The notes beneath the pieces are model-generated. The model did no database searches, was not told the origin of the DNA, and was given only the letters and a program-made list of their open reading frames with translations. A stretch of 64,000 bases of DNA from Hypanus sabinus (taxonomy: Eukaryota): positions 109,430,001 through 109,494,000 of the forward strand of contig NC_082715.1 of NCBI RefSeq assembly GCF_030144855.1, in the 5' to 3' direction. Shown here piece by piece: positions 49,800-59,092 of this stretch (position 1 is the stretch's first letter; each line of letters opens with the position of its first letter). The translations under genes and the position numbers were made by a program.

Positions 49800-50815
49800 A
49801 GAAACATAGAAAACCTACAGCACAATACAGGCCCTTCAGCCCACAATGCTGTGCTGAACATGTACTTACTTTAGAAATTACCTAGGGTTACCCATACCCC
49901 TGTATTTTTCTAAACTCCATGCACCTATCCAGGAGTCTCTTAAAAGACACTATTGTATCCAACTCCAGCAGCAGCCCATTCCACACACTCTCCACTCTCT
50001 GAGTAAAAGTACTTACCCTGACATCTCCTCTGTACCTACTTTCAAGCACCCTAAAACTATGCCCTCTCGTGCTAGCCATTTCAGCCCTAGGAAAAAGCCT
50101 CTGACTATCCACACGATCAATACCTCTAATCATCTTATACATCTTTATCAGGTCACATCTCATCCTCTGCTGCTTCAAGGAAAAAAGGTCAAGTTCACTC
50201 AGCCTATTCTCATCAGGCATGTTCCCTAATCCAGGCAACATCCTTGTAAATCTATGTACTCTTACTATGGTCTCCACATACGTCCTGTAGTGAGGCGACC
50301 AGAATTGAGCACAGTACTCCAAGTAGGGTCTGACCAAGGTCCTATATAGCTGCAACGTTACGTCTCGGCTCCTAAACTCAGTCCCACAATTGATGAAGGC
50401 CAATGCACGATATGCCTTCTTAACCACAGAGCCAACCTGCGCAGCAGCTTTGAGTGTCCTATGGACTCAGACCCCAAGATCCCTCCGATCCTCCAAACTG
50501 CCAAGAGTCTTACCATTAATACTATATTCTGCCATCGTATTTGACCTACCAAAATGAACCACCTCACATTTATCTGGGTTGAACCTCCATCTGCCACTTC
50601 TCAGCTCAGTTTTCAATCCTATCAATGTCCCGTTGTAACCTCTGACAGCCCTCCACACTATCCACAACACTCTCAACCTTTGTGTCATCAGCAAAATTAC
50701 TAACCCATCGCTCCACTTCCTTATCCAGATCATTAGAGTAGGGATTGCAGAACAGAGTCCTGAGGCACTCCACTGGTCACTGACCTCCAGGCAGAATATG
50801 ACCCGTCTACAACCA
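49800..50815 (-). mobile_element. CR1 LINE 3' fragment just upstream of the FBXO28 promoter
   Basis: ORF 49888-50427 (LYRTLVRPYLEYCAQFWSPH...RGHSF); (CTATGTTT)-type tail at about 49800-49812. Confidence 0.85.
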
Positions 50816-52013
50816 CTTTTTGGTTATGTACATATAAAGAAATCTAAAACTACAATCTAGACCCTAATCTGACACCCAGCTAATATCACCTTCCAGCAGC
50901 CTACCTATGGTCTGAAGGCTCCAGTCTCTCATTGACATGTGAGTGTGAAGGGAGTTTCTGCTTCTCCTGCCTGGTCCCAACCTCAAGGTCATCCTGTTTT
51001 CACATTCTTCCAGTAGTTTGGCAAGAGTGAAACGCAGTGGGCACCAGGGCCACTGCCCCCGAGAGGCAGCAGGAGGGCATGGAACCATGAGGAGTCCATC
51101 AGCTCCCAAGCACATTGGGCTGTCCTCCTTCCTCTGTAGGAGAGTCACAGACCCACAACAAACTCCTCAGTCCACCACAGAAACTGGTCTCCCTTCCACT
51201 GACCTCTCACTGCCTTGCCAACGTTCTCTCCTCCCCCTCCCATTGGAAAGCCTGAAAACACAGAACCCCAGGCTTCTACCCTGCTTTTACAAGAACATGG
51301 AGTGGTTCCCTAATATAACACGGTGAACATTTAACATCACAATTAAGCTTATTATGGCTTTGTAACTCACTGGTGAATAACCATGTGGGTTGCGAATTCT
51401 GGAGTCCACTGCTCCTTCACCTTGCAGGGACAATACCCAACAGTGCCTCCTCCAGGGGGGAGTGTAAGCCAGAGGCCTCCATGGACCTGATACGTAGCAA
51501 AGGAGAACAGGTTCACGACAGGCTTATGGCCAGTGTCTGCTGCACAACTCCATGACACCCAGCAGCATACTCCCACCTTCCAACAGGGGGCAGCCCCAGC
51601 AGGGACTAATTCCTCAACTTGGGAGGGGATGTTGCATCAGATAAAGTTGGTGGAGTAGAAGGTGGCAGATGGTTGTTATTGATATAGTGGATCAAAAGCC
51701 TGGTTGGTAAATTATTAGTGTGACATGTACAGTGAAAACTTTGTTGTGCACCCTAAAGCTACAGATCATTTAATCACATCAGAACGGTGAGGAGGTAAAC
51801 GTGAAAACAATAACAGAACGCAGAATAAAGTCTTACAGCTCCTGAGTGCAGGCTGACAGTATTGTGCAAAGCAACAATGAGGCCGAGTCCCATTTTAAGG
51901 GACCATTGCATATTCGCCTATACAGTGGGATGAAGTTGCATGTTTCAGGCTTTCGTACCTTCTGTTCAATGTGCAGGAGAAGATCCAGGGTGGGAGGGGT
52001 CTTTGATTATGTT

Positions 52014-52169
52014 ACACTCACAAAATGCTGGTGGAATGTGTCACAAAGGGTCTTGGATCGAAACGTCGACAGTGCTTCTCCCTATAGATGCTGCCTGGCC
52101 TGCTGTGTTCCACCAACATTGTGTGTGTGTTGTTTGAATTTCCAGCATCTGCAGATTTCCTCGTGTTTG
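52014..52169 (+). mobile_element. 156-bp non-autonomous Penelope-related element with internal inverted repeat
   Basis: Perfect 13-bp TSD CTTTGATTATGTT at 52001-52013 and 52170-52182. cacaaaatgctggtggaa / ttccaccaacattgtgtg inverted pair. Retains the hammerhead 3' half GAAACGTCGACAG (52060-52072). Confidence 0.8.
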
Positions 52170-53009
52170 CTTTGATTATGTTGGCTGTTTTACCGAGCCA
52201 GAGGGAAGTGTAGACGGGGAGAATAGTTTCTACAATTTGTTGAGCTGTTTCTACAACTCCCTACAATGACTGAGTGCTTGCCGTACGAAACTTATATTGT
52301 CATAGGCATCCAGATAACAATCGGTGAGAGTCAAAGAAGATGTCCCAATTTTCACCAGCCTTTTGAAGAAGTAGAGGCAGCGATGAGCTTTCTTGGCCTT
52401 GGCATTGACCAGGATGGGGCCTCTTGACCTCAGCATTGCTGAAATAGACAGGAGCATATGTACCCCCCAACTGATCTAAGGACACAAGTTCTGTGAAGAT
52501 CTGTCCTGTGCCCAACATATTGATGCAATTACAAAGAAGGTGTGATAGTGGCTATAGGGTTTTGAGGAGACATGGTTTATCACCAAAAACACTCGCAAGT
52601 TTCTACAGATATGCTGTGCAAAGGATTCTAATTGGTTGTCTGGTACCGAGAGGCCACTGCACAGGATCGGAAAAAAATTTGAAACTTGTAACCGGATAGC
52701 CTTCCTCCAGGGTAACTATCCTGTGTTTCTGAGAGGGGACCCGGCGGGAACTGGTTCTGAGCTCTGTCATGGAAACAGGTTATCAAAAACACAAAGGAAC
52801 TTTTCCAAAGCAACAAACAATTTGTTGAAGTAACTACGCAGGTCCAGCAGAATCTGTGGGAATTGTTGACCTTTCAGGTCTATCCCTGTATTAGTTCCAA
52901 CCTAAAAATATCCACCATTCCTTTCCTTTCCACAGATGCGACTCGACGTGCTGCGTTACTGTTGCAGATTATTTGTGCAACAGTCCTCTGAAATGTTTCC
53001 AGGGTGAGC

Positions 53010-53170
53010 TCCTCACATCGTCCGTCAGGTGGCAGCACCGAGAGCCTCCTGCCGCTCCCTACCACCAGAGGGCAGCAACCCGTACCGCCGTATTCTCGCT
53101 CACCGGCTGTTGTCTGACAGTTACCCGGAAGTGCGTGTTTGATGACGAAGAAAGGGGCTTGCGGCCTGTG
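53010..53170 (+). promoter_or_regulatory. MEA1 promoter with ETS motif and two CTCF-like motifs
   Basis: CpG-enriched. CCGGAAGT at 53125-53132; CCACCAGAGGGCAGC at 53062-53076; CCGTCAGGTGGCAGC at 53022-53036. Confidence 0.6.
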
Positions 53171-53171
53171 G

Positions 53172-53435
53172 ATGGAATTTGAAGCCCAGAGTATGAGCCC
53201 GGAACGAGTGTTACCCGAACCCGAGGCTGAGGCCGAGGGGCAGGGCCACGGTAGCGGGTTGGGTCCGGCGGCGTGGAGCAGTGAGGAAGAGGAGGAGGAC
53301 GAGGATGAGGAGTTGGCGGGGTCTATTCCTGAGGAAGAGCCCGGACCCGTCGCCGGTTACCGGTACCTACCCCTGGAGCAGGAACCCGGGGTCGCTCTCG
53401 GGCATCCCGAGCCCGACATCGAGGAGCGGCTGCAG
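53172..53435 (+). CDS. MEA1: Male-enhanced antigen 1, coding exon 1 (alternative in-frame ATGs at 53142 and 53193)
   Basis: MSPERVLPE...WSSEEEEEDED...GYRYLPLEQEP...DIEERLQ parallels human MEA1 (MGPERIFP...WSSEEPEEE...GYSYQPLNQDP...DIQDRIQ). Phase-0 donor cag|gtgggg. The true start ATG is uncertain. Confidence 0.85.
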
Positions 53436-53509
53436 GTGGGGCTGGGTCCGGAGGGAGAGAGTGGGGTCGGGGGCTGGGGGCAATGTAATGGAGATCGGAG
53501 GGTCGGAGT

Positions 53510-53635
53510 TGAGGGTCTGAGGATAGGGCTCGGGACTGGGATGGAGGGAGTGAGGATAGGGCTCGGGGCCGGGGTGGAGGGAGTGAGGATAGGGCTCGGG
53601 ACTGGGATGGAGGGAGTCAGGATAGGGTTTGGGGC
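53510..53635. repeat. 33-bp G-rich minisatellite (about 3.5 copies) at the start of MEA1 intron 1
   Basis: GAGGATAGGGCTCGGGACTGGGATGGAGGGAGT repeated. Confidence 0.85.
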
Positions 53636-54257
53636 ATGGTTGGTGGGAGGAGGGGGTCTCAGGTCCTGATCAGGGTCAGGGTTACAATCAGCCCTGCACT
53701 GGCGCCGATCTGGGCCTGTGAGCTGAACTGTCTGGAACCAGACACTGAAAGGCTGCCAGACAGCATGAATGTCGAGAAGATTCTGGGAAACAGCAGGTAC
53801 TGGGGTCAGTCTCCCGGGTCTGTCTGAACCACAGCGTCTGCAGGAAATGTCCCACAGTCTCAGTGAAAGCTGATGGTGGACAGAAGGTAGATCTGGACTC
53901 TTTGGATATCATCCGTTCAACAAAGGTGGCATTAGGGTTGGATGCCCTTCAAGTTGGGAAAAGTTTTGATCGACCTGAAAGGGAGAGTGTTGGGAGTGAA
54001 GGTAGCCCTTCGCTGTGAGAAGGAATCAAGAAGGAATTCAGCCGAAATTTAATTTTTCAGAAGTTGGTGAGAATATGTAACCCATCACTGTTGGAAGCAC
54101 ATGGAATAGTGTAGTTGATTTAAGGTTAGGTTGCGCTCAACGCGAGGAAGGAGGGAAACAGGGAACGGTTCGAGTACAGTGTCATTGGTTGGTGTGAATG
54201 AGAGCCAAACAAAGTTTCCCAGGTCACAGTTACTGACTTTGTTCATGGTGTTTGCAG

Positions 54258-54351
54258 GAATTGCGTCTTTACTTGCCCGAGGCACCAGTTGACAGCGAGG
54301 AGGACGAGCCTCCAGAACACAGCAGTCAGCACTCTATTCCCATGGACCCAG
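54258..54351 (+). CDS. MEA1: MEA1 coding exon 2 (94 nt)
   Basis: ELRLYLPEAPVDSEEDEPPEHSSQHSIPMDP+G (human ALGLHLPDPP...SSIPMDP); acceptor tttgcag, donor gtaggg. Confidence 0.9.
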
Positions 54352-55084
54352 GTAGGGAGAAGGTGTGGTCTGGGAGGGCAGGGCAGGGGTGGAGGGAGGA
54401 ATCTCTCCACTGAATTAACTGAGAAGAAATGCGAGTGGGAAGCAGCTAGTCAAGAGGGACAGTGCAGGGTGTGGTTGGAAAAGGGACCATGTAGTAGTGA
54501 TGGTGAAGGCTGGTAAAAATGGACTCTAGTAATTGAAGAAATTCATAATTTTGTGAGGAAGAATCAGTGAAGGCAGTATAAATTAGAGGGAGAGGACTCA
54601 GTTTTGAAAGGCACGGGAGCAGAGACATTGATATGTTTCTGTGTAGAGCACTGAGTTTGTGAGGCAGCTTGACAAAATGGTTTGAAAGCAGATTTCCTTG
54701 GGCTGTAACAACAGACAGTGAGTAGAGGAGTCATGAAGCCAGAGAGAGCTGTATGGGCTACAACAGTCCTGTGTTCTGAGTATCAGGAGTGGTGAGAAGG
54801 TCTTGTTGGAGAAGAGATTTACAGAAATGATTTCAGAGATGGTGGGGCTGAACTAATGTGGACCGAAGTGGAGAAACAGGATGTGCTCTCCTTGATAATA
54901 AAAGGAGATTGTGAGAATATAAAGTTTATAAGGAGAAGTTTTCAGTCCTGGAGGGTTCATGAACTATTTGGATATAGGAGGAAGACAATTGGCATAAAAA
55001 CTAAAAGTAATGTTAGCAACGTTTGTTAGGTAAAGTTTGATGGTGGCTGGGGTTGGTTGGGTGTTCAAAGGCATCTGGTCAAGG

Positions 55085-56950
55085 AAAGTGTAAAGTAAAT
55101 TCATTATCAAAGTATACATGTCACCATACACAACACTGAGATTTGTTTTCTTGTGGGCATACTCAGTAAACACAACAGAATCAATGAAAAACTGCACACA
55201 AAGATGGACAAACAACCAATGTGCAAAGACAACAAACTGCAAATAAAAGTCGAGAACACGAGTTTTTGTAGAGTGAGGTTGTCTCCTCTGCTTTAAGAGC
55301 CTAATAGTTGAGGGGTAATAATGGTTCCTGAACCTGGTGGTATGGGTCCTCGATGATGGATAGTGTTTTTCTTGTGAATGTGCTGAGTGGTGGAGAGGGG
55401 GCTTTATCTGTGATGGATCAGACTGTATCCACTACTTTTTGTAGATTTTTCTGTTCAAGGGCACTGGTGTTTCCATACCCGGCTGTGATGCAGCCAGTCA
55501 ATATGCTCTCCACTGCACATCTATAGAAGTTTGACAAAATTTTAGATGACATGCCAAATTTGTGCACAAGTAGAGGTGCTGCTGTGCCTTCTTTGTAATG
55601 GCATATGCTGGAGCTAGGATCGATCCTCTGAAATGATAATGCTGAGGAATTTAAGGTTGCTGACTCTGTCCACCACTGATCCCCTGATGATGATAGCTCA
55701 AGCACCTCCAGTTCCCTCCTCCTGATACTTGCTTCTGACTATGAGAGGTTGTTGCATTGCCACCCCTCAGGCAGATTTTCCCTCCAATATGTTGATTCAG
55801 TCCACAACAGTGGACTTAAGTATGGCATTGGAGCTGTGCTCAGCCACACAGTCATAAGTATAAAGTGGTAGAGCAGGGGGCTAAGGACACTGTTTCGTGG
55901 TGCACCTTTGCTGACGATGAGATGCCTTTGCCAATCCGAACTGACTGGGGTCTGCAAGTGAGGAAATCCAGGATTCAATTGCACAAGGAGGAATTGCAGC
56001 TTGTTGAATAGTGTTGAATATAGAGCTGTAGTCAATGAAGAGCAGCCTGTTGCATGCACCTCCACTATCCAAATGTTCCAGAGTTGAGTGAAGATCCAAA
56101 GAAATAGTGTCTGCTGTTGACTTGTGATGGTAGGCTAGTGGGAATGGACTCAAGTTACTCCTCGTGCATCATTACCAACCTCTCAAAGCACTTCATCACA
56201 GTGGATGCACAGTAAATGCTTGTGGTTGAGAGCCGTTGAGGCAGGTTACTGTGTTCTTCTGGGGCACCAGTATAATTGAAGCCTGCTTGAAGCAGCTGGG
56301 CACTTCAGGCTGCCGAAGCACAAGGTTGAAGATAGTGGTGCACACTCCAACCAGATGAGTAGCACAACTCTTCAGTACTTGGCGGGTGCCTTGTCTGAGC
56401 TGAATGTTTTCTAAGGGTTCACCCTCCTGAAGGATGCGCTCGCATTGTCCTCAGAGATGAAATCCCAGGGTCGTTGGGGGCTGTGCAAGTTCTTGAAGGT
56501 GGCTTCATGTTTTGTTGGTCTAAGTGAGCATAAAAGGCATTGAGCTGATCTGGGAGCAAAACCTTGGTGTCACGTATGCCATTTGGTTTCACTCTGTAGG
56601 TGATAGAATTCAAGCTCTGCCACAGCTGTTGAGCATCCTTCTGTGATTCAAGTTTGGTCTGGAATTGCCGCTTCACATGTGAGATTGCTTTTAATCTCTT
56701 GTATTTTACTTGACAGACCTGAACGGCACTGAATCTGCCCTCAGCTGATTGCAGATCTCTTGGTTCCTCCATGGCTTCTGGTTGGGGAAGACTCAATGAT
56801 CTTGTGGGGATACGCTCGTCCACGACAACTGTGGAGTATTCATTCAGATTCTCGGAGTCCTTGAACATGACCCAGTCCACTAACTCGAAGCAAACCTGTA
56901 ACCGCTCCTTTGTCTCCCATGACCACCTCTTTGTTGTCCCGAACACTTGA
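55085..56950 (-). mobile_element. Rex1/Babar-like LINE fragment in MEA1 intron 2
   Basis: KRWSWETKERLQVCFELVDW...LNAFYAH; RLLFIDYSSIFNTI; FGMSSKILSNFYRCAVESILTGCIT. Confidence 0.8.
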
Positions 56951-58451
56951 AGGAAAGTACTTGTAGGGTTAGGCAGAGGGCAGGGAAGTGGTACCAGCAG
57001 GATTATTTGTATGTAGATCCAGCGTGGACTTGAGGACTACTGACTGTAGGTACAAACCACTGCTTCACTTGCAAAGGGTGTTTGGGTGGTAGGAACAGGA
57101 AAGGTGAAAGGTGGGTTTGCTACATCTGCAGCTGATGAGGGGAATGAGTGTTGGTGGAGAAAGAGGCAGGTTGCAGAGGGAGTATTACCTTCTGGATACT
57201 TATTTAAGATGACAGACATTAAAGATGGATGGCGTGTGTTTGGGTGCCTGTTCTAGTTGGGAAAGGATCTCTGTAAATTTCAAGACATTGTGTCAATTGT
57301 GGTGGAGGGGAAACTATGCTTAAGGAAAAAGAAATCATCTCGTACTGTTGTGGAATACTGGGAGAATGGGATGGATCCCACAGGAAGCAGTCATGAATAT
57401 AACCTATACCCCAAAGGGGAGTCAGATGATCAATGGATGTTTTACTTATGATGGGGAATCCATTACCTGAGGGTGTTGGTTTAAAATGGGGTGGGGGGGG
57501 ATAGGTTTGAAAAAAAACCTGTGGCAAATTTTTGTCACCTAGAGTGGAATGAGCTGCCCGAGATAGTGGTACAAGTTATGAAATTTAAAAGGCATCTGGA
57601 GTTGGAACACCTACAGACAATGTTTAGAGAGATGTGGCCAAATACAGGCAGGTGGGACTAGTTCAAACAGTTGGGCTGAAGGGCACGTTTCTCACTGGCT
57701 CGCAGACTGACCATTTGAAAGTGAGAACACAGAAATTGGCAGCAAGCATTCAAGCTTTGGAAACAGCATTAATTCAGTCATGACTGGGTTGGGGAAGTTT
57801 ACAGAAAACTGTTCTGGACACACTTTGGAACCACAAATACCTTGTGCTGTGTAACAGCCGATGAGCAGGTGTGAGAATGATATGGGTCAGGTGGAGTTTT
57901 GTACTGGAGCTGGTCAGTAGGTCTTCAAGGACCAAGGAAAGACCCATTTCATATTTTGACTCTTTCCTCCTGCCTGCTCTCTCATCTATTTACAAGTGAC
58001 ACCTTATACCTTATGTTACTTTGGAGGTTTCTTATCCCAACTGTATTATCACCAAGAACGTCCAGTCCCTCTACACTTCCATAGTGGGATGGTTAAGTAG
58101 AAAGTACATTAGAGTCACTGAGTTGTACAGCACAAACAGCCTCTTTGGTACATTCAGTCCATGCTGGCCAACATGTCCCATTTGCTAGCTTTTGACCTGC
58201 AAGTTAAATCTCTTCAATCTATTGTAATACTGTAAATGCCTGCCCTTTTGTATGTCTGTAATCATTTAAACTATTATCACAATCTACCTTGGACAATGCA
58301 CGTCACAATGTTACATAATTATTTAGCTGTTGCATTCTGAAATGTGGCCAATTGTGAAGGCATACACTCTCTCCAGGAGTGTCCAGGATTCTTGAGGCTT
58401 GCACAGATAGCATTTCTTCCTCTAGTTTATAATTTCCTTTCTCTCTTCTAG

Positions 58452-58606
58452 AACATGTGGAATTGGTGAAGAGGACCATGGCTGCAATCAAATTTCCCAG
58501 CTTAGGCGTTCCAGCTTGGGCCCAGGAAATCTCGGATGAGCAGTGGCAGTCTGTTGTCCGACAAACAATAGAGAACAGGCGGTCAGTGGTGGCAGCTAAA
58601 GAGTAA
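58452..58606 (+). CDS. MEA1: MEA1 terminal coding exon 3
   Basis: (E)[50 protein letters not shown] (human [32 protein letters not shown]). Strong polypyrimidine acceptor ending ttctag. Confidence 0.93.
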
Positions 58607-59013
58607 CCCATGCCCAGTCAATGCCCTCTTCTCCATCCCTGCATCACAACTGTAAAATGGAAATGGACCGTGCTGGGGGAAGTTAGGGGAGTATACCAGC
58701 CTAGGGGCTGGTTGCAATGTTCTCTGGCTTTTGGGACCCAAGGAGTTTTGTGAAGCTTTGTGGTTGAATTTACTCCCAGGGAGTTCTGAGGTGCAGAAAC
58801 TGCCTCAGGCCCCACCCTTTCAAGAATATGGAATCCAATTTCATCAATCCTCTGCCATTAAGTTCATGGAGGTCTGCATTTCTGTTATGGAGACACCGCC
58901 AATGATTAGCAAGAACACAGCTAAGGGGTCCCGATGAGGGATTCACACTCACTCAATGCATGCTCCTTGCATGGTTAAAGAACAGCCACAAACTTCTCCT
59001 TTAAGAGACCCAG

Positions 59014-59019
59014 TTTATT
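59014..59019 (-). terminator. Candidate PPP2R5D distal polyadenylation signal (AATAAA on minus strand)
   Basis: TTTATT on plus. On minus it is preceded by TGTACA motifs (tgtacagatgttcatctatgtacagaagaaaAATAAA) at the end of a TE-poor stretch running from the PPP2R5D stop. Confidence 0.5.
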
Positions 59020-59086
59020 TTTCTTCTGTACATAGATGAACATCTGTACAAAATGACATTTCAATACTATGTAATGCTCTACCTAA

Positions 59087-59092
59087 AATAAA
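59087..59092 (+). terminator. Candidate MEA1 polyadenylation signal AATAAA
   Basis: First AATAAA I found after the MEA1 stop (about 480 nt downstream), preceded by several TGTA motifs. Confidence 0.55.
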
